Assembly (NCBI GenBank): GCA_963665125.2
Contig: CAXXUK010000002.1
Location: forward strand, 416,001-480,000
Length of the DNA: 64,000 bases
Reading direction: 5' to 3'
Source: an uncultured Desulfarculus sp.
Lineage (GTDB): Bacteria; Desulfobacterota; Desulfarculia; Desulfarculales; Desulfarculaceae
The notes below the pieces were generated by a model. The model was not told where the DNA came from, did not search any database, and was given only the letters and a program-made list of their open reading frames with translations. Below, piece after piece: positions 17,042-26,937 of this stretch. Numbering within the stretch: position 1 is the stretch's first letter; each line of letters opens with the position of its first letter. Position numbers and translations under genes: made by a program.

Positions 17042-17744
17042 CGCTCTGCTTTTCCCTTTGGTGCGCCGGCCTGGCCGGTTTTGATCACCGGCCGGACCGA
17101 ACATTATTTAATATGTGCCGCCTTTTCGCCCCTCCCGATCCGGAGGGAGGCGGTTTGATTCCTTGTTACCGGCTGTATCGCGTCAATGCCCGGGGAATTC
17201 CATCATTACCGTCCTTGTTCAAGAATGCAGCAAATTCGCGCTTGTTGGGCGATATAAGACCATTCCCCACCGGAAAACCGCGGGGACTTTTTTCCCGGCC
17301 GGCCATGCCAAAAGCGTAGAACGGCACGGGCGGCGGGTTGGGTTGCTATTTTTTTGAAAAAACGGGAAATGCCCTCGAACCGTCCCATGCGATGCAATGG
17401 ACGGTTGGGGACAAGCTCTTGTCCGGAAAGGGATAGGGGTGTTCGGGTGGCCTGGGATCGGGTCATAACGCGCGACCTCCCGGCGGATCGCCGCCGAAAG
17501 GGACCTCCGGACCGGCATGATGGTCATGGCGCAGGACAATGCATCGAGCCATCACGGACTGGTTGGGGAGGCTGGTATTTAACCCGGTTCGCATAATATG
17601 GCTTAGCCTATCACCTTGCGGATTCGGCAGTCATTCAGCGGTGTACGCTGTGTATATCGTGTTGATTTCCAATTGAATTTTTATTGTTTAACTTTTTATC
17701 GGCTGACGTTGACCCATTTTGCAATGCCGTGCAATCAAGGCGGC

Positions 17745-17762
17745 TGATAAAATATTTCACAA
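17745..17762. promoter_or_regulatory. Rex-like operator in the long intergenic region upstream of sulP
   Basis: TGATAAAATATTTCACAA versus Rex consensus TTGTGAAnnnnTTCACAA: one perfect half-site, 3 mismatches in the other. Confidence 0.35.
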
Positions 17763-17878
17763 TAAGACTGATAGCATAATGAATTAACCGTATTTAGTCA
17801 ACGATCGAAATGTTGCAAAATGCTACGCGTAAGGAGTTTGTCCTCGCCTGTTGTTGATGGGCGGGAGATTCCGGCGGA

Positions 17879-18238
17879 TCATGCCGTAAGTATTTTGGTC
17901 GCCTCGATGCCGTTTGACTCGGCGAAATCCTGAAAGACCGCCGGGGCCTTGATGTTGCCCGCCAGCACCTCGCGCAACAACAGCAGCGTCAGCTTGTCGC
18001 GGTCGGCGGCCCGGACGGTCACCGTCTTGTTGTATTGGCCCAGGATCTCGTTGACTTCGCTGTATTCGCCGGAATCAAAGCTTTCCACCAGAATGTCGCC
18101 GTTGTGGTCGATGCTGCCCCAGACGGTAACCAATTTTATGTCGTCGTCGGTCTCGACCCTGCCGTCAAAGAGTTTGACGGTCCAGCGGTTTCTGCCGTCC
18201 TTTTGCAGTCCGTTCCAGTGGATATCACGTTTGCCCAT
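17879..18238 (-). CDS. Hypothetical protein
   Basis: 119-aa ORF with GGAGA RBS, directly downstream of the HDOD gene; no recognised motif. Confidence 0.7.
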   Translation of the reverse strand: MGKRDIHWNGLQKDGRNRWTVKLFDGRVETDDDIKLVTVWGSIDHNGDILVESFDSGEYSEVNEILGQYNKTVTVRAADRDKLTLLLLREVLAGNIKAPAVFQDFAESNGIEATKILTA

Positions 18239-18270
18239 GAGGATTCTCCGTGGCTGATTTTCATATTGCT

Positions 18271-19113
18271 TTACGATAAATGTAACAGATCGTCCGAATC
18301 AGCGATAATTTTGGCGGCATCTTTTTCCAAAGTGGCGACATTGGCCTGGGAAAGGTTCAGGTAAAACAACACGTCCGGGGTGTATTCACAGCGGTATTGG
18401 TCGGTATATGACGCGGCGCCGCAGTTTTTGGCCAAGGCGTTGGCCAGAGCGACGATCATCAAAAGCCGCCGGTTGTTTTTGACAGCGTTCAACCTGTGGT
18501 GCAAGGTCATGATTTCGGACAATTGTTTGGAAAGGTTCCACTTTTTGGCGACCAGCAGCCCCATCTCGGTGTGATCGACCCCTAGAACGTGTTTCTCCGA
18601 TTCGGCTATCTCCCAACGCATTTTTTGCACCAGATGGTGGATCTCCGCAGCCTCGGCCGTGAACGATTGATTTATAACCAGTTTGCCCGCGTCATGCATC
18701 AGACCGGCGGTGTAGGCCAGGGACGGGTCCTCGTATTTCAGGCGTTCGGCCAGCCTGCGGGAGACCAGGGCCGTGGCCATGCTGTGACGCCACAGTAAAT
18801 TTCCCCCCGGCCCCATGTGGGCGCATGCGGCGCCAAGCTGATCGCCGAGCACAAGCTCCATGAGGCCGGAGCGGCCCAAACGGGGAGCAGCTTCATCGGC
18901 GGTACTGGCCTTCCATACAAATCCGAAATAAGCGGAGTTCGATCTCTTGATCACCTGGGCCGTCAGGCCGGGATCACGCGCCACCACGGCCGAGATGTCC
19001 TGCATGGAAAAATTGTCGTCGGCCAGCCTTACCAGAAGGTCCGCCAGGGCGTCCGGCAGACCCGGCAGGTCGTGGATCGCCTTGCTTAACTTTTTATTCG
19101 AACTGAAGGGCAT
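18271..19113 (-). CDS. HDOD domain signal-transduction protein
   Basis: LPGLP, DPGLTAQVIKRSNSAYFG, LWRHS, AGLMHDAGKLV, GVDHTEMG..KWNL. Confidence 0.9.
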   Translation of the reverse strand: MPFSSNKKLSKAIHDLPGLPDALADLLVRLADDNFSMQDISAVVARDPGLTAQVIKRSNSAYFGFVWKASTADEAAPRLGRSGLMELVLGDQLGAACAHMGPGGNLLWRHSMATALVSRRLAERLKYEDPSLAYTAGLMHDAGKLVINQSFTAEAAEIHHLVQKMRWEIAESEKHVLGVDHTEMGLLVAKKWNLSKQLSEIMTLHHRLNAVKNNRRLLMIVALANALAKNCGAASYTDQYRCEYTPDVLFYLNLSQANVATLEKDAAKIIADSDDLLHLS

Positions 19114-19413
19114 AGTGCGTTCCGTTAAAAATTTTGGGAGATCATGCCGCCGCCCCGCGCAAGCGCTGTTGGTTCAACAAAACAGTTTAGGGCGGCGATA
19201 ACGTTGCTGCCGGTTTACGGTTGCCACACCCAATCGGACCAGGGGGTACGCGCCTGGGATTTCGCCGAATCATCAATACTATTATTTTAGCTTTTCGGAT
19301 TTGATCTGCATACCCCGGATCGCGGGCGGCAGCCGTTGCCGGAGGGGATTTTTTAGGGGGGTAGACCGTGGGGCAGATCCAAAGAAGGGATCGGCAGGGT
19401 AGCGGCTTACCTG

Positions 19414-20079
19414 TTAACCGGCCGTTTGCCCGGCCGAATGAGGGGCGGATTTATACAGCAACCTGCCGGCCACGGGCATGAGCAACGCGTAAATGGTGTT
19501 TTGGACCCATTCATAATATTCCGGGCTGTTCTGGGGCATTCCCATGAGCCAGGAGGCGCTTTCGCCGGCGCCCAGGTAATACAAGAACATGGCGTTCAGG
19601 CTGTCGGTAAGGCGCCGCACTTCCTCCACCGGTTCAGAGACCCCCATCAGATCGACAAAGGCCTGGCGCATGTTGTCCACGGCCCTCAGAAGATATTCCT
19701 GACCCGGCAAAACCGTATAACGGTTTTGGGCGATGTTGAGCATGATGATCTTGAATATCCACGGTTTTTGGCGGCGCAGATCCACGGCGCGCCTGATGAA
19801 CAATCTGAATCCGTCCTCGGGGCTCATGCTCCGTATTTCGTTCAGAGACTCCAGGCACGATCGTTCGAGATCGGTGCAGATTTCCTCGGAGATGGCTTCG
19901 AACAACTCGGCCTTGGTTGGAAAATAGTAGCCGATGATGGGATGGCCGAAACCTCCTTCGGCGGCGATCATGCGGATGCTGGCCGAGTTGTAGGCATAAC
20001 GGGAAAAGACCACTCTGGCCGCGGTCAGGATGTTACGGCGGGTGTCTTTGGCTTTTGCTGTGATCCTTTTATGGGCCAT
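19414..20079 (-). CDS. TetR/AcrR family transcriptional regulator
   Basis: N-terminal HTH ILTAARVVFS..SIRMIA..IGYYFPTKAELF; divergent from the AbfD-like gene. Confidence 0.9.
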   Translation of the reverse strand: MAHKRITAKAKDTRRNILTAARVVFSRYAYNSASIRMIAAEGGFGHPIIGYYFPTKAELFEAISEEICTDLERSCLESLNEIRSMSPEDGFRLFIRRAVDLRRQKPWIFKIIMLNIAQNRYTVLPGQEYLLRAVDNMRQAFVDLMGVSEPVEEVRRLTDSLNAMFLYYLGAGESASWLMGMPQNSPEYYEWVQNTIYALLMPVAGRLLYKSAPHSAGQTAG

Positions 20080-20508
20080 TTGGGGAGCCTTCCAATTGCC
20101 ACTGGAGGAAGGCCAGTGGGTAACATTTTATATAGCATAGGGCCAACAAACGCGCTATTGCAAGAATTGTACGACTGTATAAAAAACACTTGACAACAAC
20201 ATAAGATTCGCCACACTTATCTGAGCAATCACGTGAAAAGGCAACAAACAACAAGAGTCGTTTTATAATATTCTTCGATTCAATAGGTTACGGCTCATAT
20301 AATTAGGTCCAATACCGAGCAGCATGGTTAAGCGCCCCGAGTAGGCGCACCGGGACTTGAAAAAACAGACGGCGCGCTGCTGTACGGCAGCGAAACAAAA
20401 ACGAGCCGGCCAAGGCCGCGGCCTGCCGGAAAAGTAAATCATTAATGGTTTCCATATTAAATCCGTGAGGCGGCCAAGCAGCGCGGGCGGATAATCGGAG
20501 GTAAGGTT

Positions 20509-21987
20509 ATGCGTACAAAAGAGCAATATATCGAGGGTCTTAAAAAGCTTCGCCCCAATCTGTACTATAAGGGCGAAAAGGTTGGCCGGGATATCGCGGA
20601 TATGGAACAGCCCATCAGCGTGATCGGCAAAACCTTCGACGCCGCCCTGGACCCGGAACTGGCCGATCTGTGCACGGCGAAATCCCACCTGACCGGCGAG
20701 ACCATCAACCGCTTCTGCCATGTGCACCAGAGCACCGACGACCTGCATAAAAAACAGGACATGACCCGCATGCTCTGCCGCAAGGTGGGCTTCTGCATCG
20801 GCCGCTGCATGGGCGTCGACGCCCTCAACGCCATCAACGCCGTATCATACGAGGCCGACAAGGCCAACAACGGCGAGACCCAGTACTACCAGAATTTCCT
20901 GAAATGGCTGGAATACTTCCAGAAGAACGACCTGGTGGGCTCCTGCGCCCAGACCGACGTCAAAGGCGAGCGCATGCTGCGCCCGTCCCAGCAGCCCGAC
21001 CCGGACAGCTATCTGCACGTGGTCGAACGCAAAAGCGACGGCATCGTGGTGCGCGGCTGCAAGGTGCACATCACCATGGCCGCGGTGGCCGACGAGATCC
21101 TTGTGGTGCCCACCCGCAGCCTGGGCCCGGACGAGAGCGACTATGCCGTGGCCTTCGCCATCCCCGCCGACGCCGAGGGCGTGCGCCAGGTGCTGCACCC
21201 CCACCTGATGCGTAACCGCCAGGTCCACCAGCGCGGCTTCAGCTGGGGCGTGGTCGACTCCTACGTGATCTTCGACGACGTGTTCGTGCCCTGGGACCGC
21301 GTGTTCCTCTGCGGCGAATACATGCACGGCGGCATCCTGGCCCTTCTGTTCGCCCTGTTCCACCGCCACAGCTATTCGGGCTGCAAGCCGGCCATCGGCG
21401 ACACCCTGCTGGGCATGGCCGCCCTGGCCGCCGAAGCCAACGGCATCGAGAAGACCAGCCATGTGCGGCACAAGCTCTCCGAGATCATCAAGGTCACCGA
21501 ACTGGGTTACGCCGCGGGCTTCACCGCCTCGGCCAAGGGCAGCCCCGAGCTGAACATCCCCGGCCTGGGCAAGGTGCCCTTCGGCCCCGGCTCCTACATT
21601 CCCGAGGTGGTCTACGCCAACGTGGGCCGCTGCCTCACCGGCGAGGCCGTGTTCCACGAGCAGGAGATCCTCTGCGACATCGCCGGCGGCATGCCTTCCA
21701 CCTTCCCCTACGAGCAGGAGTTGGAGAACCCGGAGATCAAGGGCTTGATGCAAAAGTACGTCAATCGCAGTTCCAAGATGTCCATCGAAGACCAAATCAA
21801 GCTCTGGCTCTATTACCAGGACATCACCGCCAGCACCATCAACGGCACCATCACCTATGGCAGCTACCATGGCGGCGGCTCCCCGATTATGGAGCAGATC
21901 GCCATCGTCAGCCAGTACAACATCAACGCCGCCAAGGCGGGAGCCCGCAAGCTGGCCGGTATGAGCCCGGCCAAGAAAAAGAAATAA
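20509..21987 (+). CDS. Divergent 4-hydroxybutyryl-CoA dehydratase-like (HpaB/AbfD family) FAD/[4Fe-4S] protein
   Basis: SHLTGETINRF, CIGRC, QTDVKG, FDDVFVPWDRVF, HRHSYSGCK, HGGGS; homologous to 31801..33252. Confidence 0.88.
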   Translation: MRTKEQYIEGLKKLRPNLYYKGEKVGRDIADMEQPISVIGKTFDAALDPELADLCTAKSHLTGETINRFCHVHQSTDDLHKKQDMTRMLCRKVGFCIGRCMGVDALNAINAVSYEADKANNGETQYYQNFLKWLEYFQKNDLVGSCAQTDVKGERMLRPSQQPDPDSYLHVVERKSDGIVVRGCKVHITMAAVADEILVVPTRSLGPDESDYAVAFAIPADAEGVRQVLHPHLMRNRQVHQRGFSWGVVDSYVIFDDVFVPWDRVFLCGEYMHGGILALLFALFHRHSYSGCKPAIGDTLLGMAALAAEANGIEKTSHVRHKLSEIIKVTELGYAAGFTASAKGSPELNIPGLGKVPFGPGSYIPEVVYANVGRCLTGEAVFHEQEILCDIAGGMPSTFPYEQELENPEIKGLMQKYVNRSSKMSIEDQIKLWLYYQDITASTINGTITYGSYHGGGSPIMEQIAIVSQYNINAAKAGARKLAGMSPAKKKK

Positions 21988-21998
21988 TAGTGTGACCA

Positions 21999-22047
21999 AG
22001 GCCCGGCGGCGCTGATCCGTGGGTGGATCAGCAGCTCCGCCGGGCCT
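21999..22047 (+). terminator. Long GC-rich stem-loop after the AbfD-like gene
   Basis: AGGCCCGGCGG..GCTGATCC/GGATCAGC..CCGCCGGGCCT; no clear U-tract. Confidence 0.45.
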
Positions 22048-22210
22048 ATCTACAGGCCGGGCCAGTCAAATGGCGAAAACGGCCCAACCCGCCCACACGG
22101 CCCCCAAGCCTTGATCCACAAAAGCACAAACGCGTAAGGCCGTTACCCGACGGGCGTGTAGCCGCGTTCCGAGGCCAATCTATACAAGATCACTAAGAAA
22201 ACGGTTGGGC

Positions 22211-22239
22211 TTGACAGGCTGATTTTCCTGGGGTACAGA
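22211..22239 (+). promoter_or_regulatory. Possible sigma70 promoter of the TonB-receptor operon
   Basis: TTGACA-N17-TACAGA; the -10 match is weak. Confidence 0.35.
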
Positions 22240-22379
22240 CCCATTATTAGCAGCATGAAGCTGTTTCCATTTTTTCAAAATCATCATCGCACCGAAATAA
22301 GCAAAAGTAGTAGGCCAAGAAGGCTCCCGCATGGGCGTGGTGCGCCCGTACGCCTTTTGTTAGGCATGGGAGAGGGATT

Positions 22380-24476
22380 GTGGTTGGGAGAAGAACCTGG
22401 CGGATAGTTTTCGCCACATTGATCTGCGTGCTATGGGCGGCGGCGGCCATGGCCGATGAGCAAATGCCGCCGGTGGATGTAAAGGCCACCCTCAGCGAGG
22501 CTGACGCCTTGACCTCACCGGTTGCCAGCGTAATCAACCCGGACGATCAGGTTCCGGCAGGCCAAGTCAGCGGCCTGACCGACCTGCTCAAACTGACGAA
22601 CTCCATTTACATTCAGGACTCCACCTACGGCAAGCAGTTGTATTTCCGCGGCATGACCGACCAGGACATGCGGATTTTGATCAACGGCGCACCCATCGGC
22701 CAGATGGGCAAGTACTATGCCCTGGCCTACGGCTGGCAAACCATTCCCCTGGAAAATATCGAGCGCATCGAGGTCATCCGCGGCGCCGGTTCAGTGGAAT
22801 ACGGCAACACCCTGGTGGGCACCATCAATATCATCACCAAAAAAGGCGGCAAGGATATCAGATCCACCGCTTCGGTCAATTACGGCACCTTCAATGATTT
22901 CAAAGCCGACGCCACCAACAGCGGCACGGTGGGCAAGTTCAACTGGGCCGTTGGCGGCGCCTACCGCCACCGCGACGAATACCTGCACAACAACGACATC
23001 GATCAATACAACGTCAGCGGATCGGTGGGCGTGGACATGGCCGATGCGGGCAACCTGCAACTGACCGGCTTCGCCTCCAAAAAGGACGAGGGCTTCGCCC
23101 TGGACGACCGAGTCAACTGGACAGTGTGGAGCGATGCGAATGACTTGGCCGACGGCAGCGAGTACCATCTGGAGACCAACAGCGCCATCGCCTCGTACAC
23201 CAGTTCGTGGTTCGACGCCACGGCCAGCTACACCCAGCAGAAGCGCGACGACGACTACCGCAAGGACAGCTGGGCCAGCGGCGACACATACGACTACACC
23301 ATCGACTACCGTACGCCCTCGGTCTCGGCCAAGTTGCACCATACCTTCGGCAAACACTCGCTGAAGTTCGGCGGCGAATACACCTATGGCGACGCCAAGG
23401 CCGAATGGACCTATTATGGTGATCCGGTCATCGAGAAACTGCACTTCCAGCAGGACCTGGCCGGCATCTATGCTGAGGATTCCTGGCAGGTGCTGGAAAA
23501 ACTCAACTTCACCCTCGGCGTGCGCTACGACTATTTCAAGAACAAGCTCACCACCGAAGGCGCCGACCCCAACACCGACACCGAGATCGACGACGACAGC
23601 TTCTCGCCCCGGGCCAGCCTGACCTACGACCTGCCCAGCAATTGGCAGGCCTTCGCCTATGCGGGTCATGTGTTCAAGGCCCCGACCATGGGCGACCTCT
23701 ACCGCTGGTACGGCAGCTACGAGTTGATCAGCTTCGCCGGCCGTGCGGTGCTGCGGGCCTATTACGGGATTCAACAACCGGCCGGAGCGCCCAAGAGCCT
23801 GATTCCCCAGCAGTACATCGATTCCTGGCAGTCGATGATCGGCCAGCTCAAGCCGGCCAAGGGCTGGGACTATGAGTTGGGCGTGCGGCGCATGGGCAAG
23901 GACCACGCCATCCAGGTGAACCTGTTCTATCAGGATATCGACGACTACATCAACGTTTATCCCGTGTCGTATCCGCCAACCTACAACGTTGACAACGTGA
24001 AGATCTACGGCGTGGAACTCACAGGCGTTTACACCTACAACCGCTACCTGGAGATCGAGGCCATCTACACCCTGATGGGCAACAAGGTGGAAAACGACAA
24101 GATCATCCAGAAGATCTACGGCAAGGATGAACTGTTCAACGCGCCGGACCAGGTGCTCAACCTGACCCTGCGCAGCCGCCCGCTGGACGACTTGTTGATC
24201 GAGTGGCAGACCCAGTTCATCAGCAGCCGGTTCGCCGGCGGCGCTCCGGGCGTGCCGCCCCAGGTGGCCGCGGCCAATCCGAAATACGAGCCCATGTATG
24301 AGTTGGACCCGTACTGGTTGCACAATATCCGGGCCAGCTACACGGTGCACATGGGCGGCACGGATGTGACGTTCTCGGCCGCCGTGGAAAACATCTTTGA
24401 CGAAGACTGCTATGTCCGGCTGGACTACCCCCTGCCGGGCACCCTGGTCTACGGCGGCGTGAAGTTCGCCTTTTAA
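22380..24476 (+). CDS. TonB-dependent outer-membrane receptor
   Basis: Signal peptide; plug motifs YFRG, ILING, IERIEVIRGAGSVEYG..GTINIITK; LGVRYD; ENIFDE; C-terminal Phe. Confidence 0.93.
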   Translation: MVGRRTWRIVFATLICVLWAAAAMADEQMPPVDVKATLSEADALTSPVASVINPDDQVPAGQVSGLTDLLKLTNSIYIQDSTYGKQLYFRGMTDQDMRILINGAPIGQMGKYYALAYGWQTIPLENIERIEVIRGAGSVEYGNTLVGTINIITKKGGKDIRSTASVNYGTFNDFKADATNSGTVGKFNWAVGGAYRHRDEYLHNNDIDQYNVSGSVGVDMADAGNLQLTGFASKKDEGFALDDRVNWTVWSDANDLADGSEYHLETNSAIASYTSSWFDATASYTQQKRDDDYRKDSWASGDTYDYTIDYRTPSVSAKLHHTFGKHSLKFGGEYTYGDAKAEWTYYGDPVIEKLHFQQDLAGIYAEDSWQVLEKLNFTLGVRYDYFKNKLTTEGADPNTDTEIDDDSFSPRASLTYDLPSNWQAFAYAGHVFKAPTMGDLYRWYGSYELISFAGRAVLRAYYGIQQPAGAPKSLIPQQYIDSWQSMIGQLKPAKGWDYELGVRRMGKDHAIQVNLFYQDIDDYINVYPVSYPPTYNVDNVKIYGVELTGVYTYNRYLEIEAIYTLMGNKVENDKIIQKIYGKDELFNAPDQVLNLTLRSRPLDDLLIEWQTQFISSRFAGGAPGVPPQVAAANPKYEPMYELDPYWLHNIRASYTVHMGGTDVTFSAAVENIFDEDCYVRLDYPLPGTLVYGGVKFAF

Positions 24477-24534
24477 CCGCTTGTTGGAGAAGGCCGGCTC
24501 GGCCTTTTCCAACAGCCTTCCAGGAGGTCAAACC

Positions 24535-25077
24535 ATGGCTGATCAGCAAGGTAATGGACCGGTTTTGCTGGGGGCTGAAGATATAAGGCTCGTTCCGGTG
24601 GGCCATATAAACAGCCCGTTCAAGACGCCATCGCTCAAAGGCGGCAAGGACGGCATCAAGCATAGCGGCAATACGCCGCCCCGCCGGGAACACGACGAGG
24701 ACAGCGAAATTGTCATCAAGGCGGAATATGCCGAGTTGTTGGACGGGATAGCGGACTTTTCCCATGCCGTTGTCATCTACTGGCCCCACCTGCTGCCCGT
24801 GGAAGGCCGAAAGGCCCGCAAGGTGCATCCAGCGGGTGTCGAGGAAATGCCCCTGACCGGCGTGTTCGCCACGTGCAGCCCGGCCAGGCCCAACCCGCTG
24901 TTGACAACCGTGGTGGAGGTCCTGGAGCACTCGGGCAATGTCCTCAAGGTCCATGGCTTGGAGGCCGTGGACGGCAGCCCGGTGTTGGATATCAAACCAT
25001 ACAACCGTCATTACATGCTCCGGCCAGAGGCCAAGGCCGCCGAATGGATGGAGCAGCTAGACGAGATGTTCAGCTAA
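24535..25077 (+). CDS. tsaA: TsaA/TrmO (YaeB)-like SAM-binding protein
   Basis: PVGHINSP, GVFATCSPARPNP, GLEAVDGSPVLDIKPY; GGAGG RBS before ATG 24535. Confidence 0.85.
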   Translation: MADQQGNGPVLLGAEDIRLVPVGHINSPFKTPSLKGGKDGIKHSGNTPPRREHDEDSEIVIKAEYAELLDGIADFSHAVVIYWPHLLPVEGRKARKVHPAGVEEMPLTGVFATCSPARPNPLLTTVVEVLEHSGNVLKVHGLEAVDGSPVLDIKPYNRHYMLRPEAKAAEWMEQLDEMFS

Positions 25078-25086
25078 GGGGGACGC

Positions 25087-26172
25087 ATGGCCCGGCTCAA
25101 CGCCGACACTGCAATTGATTTGCGGACCGGCCCCGGTATCGGGGCCGGAGCCATGCTTTTTATCTTGGCAGCGGCCCTGGTTGGCCTGGCTTTTTACGCC
25201 ACGTCCTATGGCGCATATGACATGAGCCTGGCTCAGATCAGTTCCGTGTTGCTGGGCCGGGGCAGCGCGGCCCAGGAGGCCGTGTTGTGGCAGGTGCGCC
25301 TGCCGCGAATCGCGGCGGCCATCGTCACCGGCTGGGGCCTTGGGCTCTCCGGCTTGGCCCTGCAAACCCTGCTGCGCAACCCCCTTGCCTCGCCGTTCAC
25401 CCTGGGCTTCAGCCAATCGGCGGCCCTGGGCGCGGCCCTGGCCATCGTCTGCCTGGACGCCGGCTCCCTGCGGGCCAGTGCCCTGCATACCGCCGCGCCG
25501 GGCCAGCTGATGCTCAGCGGGCCCTATGTCATCACCGCCGCGGCCTTCGCCACGGCCATGGGCTCCAGTCTGTTGATCCTGGCCCTGGCCCAGATCAAGA
25601 AGATGTCGCCCGGTTCGGTGGTGCTGGTGGGCGTGGCCCTGTCGTCGTTGTGCTATTCGGGTACGGTATTGGTGCAGTATTTCGCCACCGAGACCGAGAT
25701 AGCCGCAGTCTTGTTCTGGACGTTCGGCGACGTGGCCCGATCGTCGTGGTACGAAATAGGCCTGCTGTTGATACCGGTTCTGGGGGCCACGGCCTATTTC
25801 ACGGCCAGGCGCTGGAGCCTCAACGCCTTGTTGGCCGGGGAGGACACAGCAGGCAGCCTGGGCGTAAATGTCGAACGCATGCGCCTGGTGGGGATGGTGA
25901 TCACGACCCTGGTCATCGCCATGGCCACGGCCTTTCACGGCGTCATCGGCTTTTTGGGCCTGTTGGCCCCGCACATCAGCCGGATCATCACCGGCGGCAA
26001 CCACAGCCTGCTGATTCCGTTTTCCTGCCTCACCGGAGCGCTGCTTTTATTGGCCGCTGATACGGTGGGCCGGATGGTCCTTGGTTCGGGTTCGCTGCCG
26101 GTGGGCGTAATTACCTCGTTCATGGGCGCGCCGCTGTTTTTGTATCTGCTCATGAAAAAACAGGAGCGCTGA
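25087..26172 (+). CDS. FecCD/BtuC-family ABC transporter permease
   Basis: VRLPRI, LQTLLRNPLASPFTLG, GEDTAGSLGV, GVIGFLGLLAPH, LPVGVITSFMGAP. Confidence 0.93.
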   Translation: MARLNADTAIDLRTGPGIGAGAMLFILAAALVGLAFYATSYGAYDMSLAQISSVLLGRGSAAQEAVLWQVRLPRIAAAIVTGWGLGLSGLALQTLLRNPLASPFTLGFSQSAALGAALAIVCLDAGSLRASALHTAAPGQLMLSGPYVITAAAFATAMGSSLLILALAQIKKMSPGSVVLVGVALSSLCYSGTVLVQYFATETEIAAVLFWTFGDVARSSWYEIGLLLIPVLGATAYFTARRWSLNALLAGEDTAGSLGVNVERMRLVGMVITTLVIAMATAFHGVIGFLGLLAPHISRIITGGNHSLLIPFSCLTGALLLLAADTVGRMVLGSGSLPVGVITSFMGAPLFLYLLMKKQER

Positions 26173-26936
26173 TGCTCAAGGTGGAAGACCTGCATTTCAG
26201 CTACAACGGCAAGCCCGTGCTGCAAGGCATTGACTTTGAGCTGGAGCGCGGCCAGACCATGGCCATTCTGGGCGTCAACGGCGCCGGCAAGTCGACCATG
26301 CTGCGCTGCCTGAACAGGGTGCTGAGGCCCAAGAGGGCCACGGTGTTCATAGATGGTCAAAGCCTAGCCGGGCTCAGCGGCGCGGCCCTGGCCCGGCGCA
26401 TGGGCTATGTGCCCCAGGAACGGGCCCAGTGCGAACTGACCGTGCGGGAGATGGTCATGCTGGGCCGCAAACCGCACATGAAATGGGGCCCCACTGCGGG
26501 CGACGAGCAGGTCGTAGACAGCGTCATGAAGCGCATGAACATAGAGGGTTTTGCCCACCGCCTGGTGGACAGGCTCAGCGGCGGCGAGGCCCAGAAAGTG
26601 GTCATCGCCAGGGCCCTGGCCCAGGAGCCCGAGGTGTTGCTGCTGGACGAGCCCACCAGCAACCTGGATCTGCGCAACCAGCTTGAACTGATGGACCAGC
26701 TCACGGCCACGGTGAAAAAAGACGGCCTGTGCGCGGTGGTGTGCCTGCATGACCTGAACCTGGCGCTGCGGCACATGGACCGGCTGTTGCTCATGAAAAA
26801 CGGCAAGGTGCACACCTTGGCCGGGCCGGGCGAACTGAGCCCGGAAATCATCCGGGACGTCTACGGCGTTGACGTGCAGATCCTGCAATCCGACAGCGGA
26901 CCGGTCATCGTGCCCGTTCAGGCCATTGGAGAATAA
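26172..26936 (+). CDS. ABC transporter ATP-binding protein (FecE/BtuD type)
   Basis: GVNGAGKS, LSGGE, LLLDEPTSNLD, LHDLN. Confidence 0.95.
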   Translation: MLKVEDLHFSYNGKPVLQGIDFELERGQTMAILGVNGAGKSTMLRCLNRVLRPKRATVFIDGQSLAGLSGAALARRMGYVPQERAQCELTVREMVMLGRKPHMKWGPTAGDEQVVDSVMKRMNIEGFAHRLVDRLSGGEAQKVVIARALAQEPEVLLLDEPTSNLDLRNQLELMDQLTATVKKDGLCAVVCLHDLNLALRHMDRLLLMKNGKVHTLAGPGELSPEIIRDVYGVDVQILQSDSGPVIVPVQAIGE

Positions 26937-26937
26937 A

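Noticed and set aside
17715..17736. Sigma54 promoter for sulP (TTGCAC-N4-TTGCA on the - strand)
   Set aside because: Lacks the -24 GG and has the wrong spacing.
20509..21987. 4-hydroxyphenylacetate 3-monooxygenase (HpaB)
   Set aside because: The Fe-S ligand motifs of AbfD are retained, no flavin reductase is adjacent and the context is anaerobic.
22050..22379. Cobalamin riboswitch or leader peptide upstream of the TonB receptor
   Set aside because: No B12-box or core riboswitch motifs recognised; the short ORF from 22255 lacks an RBS. An Rfam scan would settle it.
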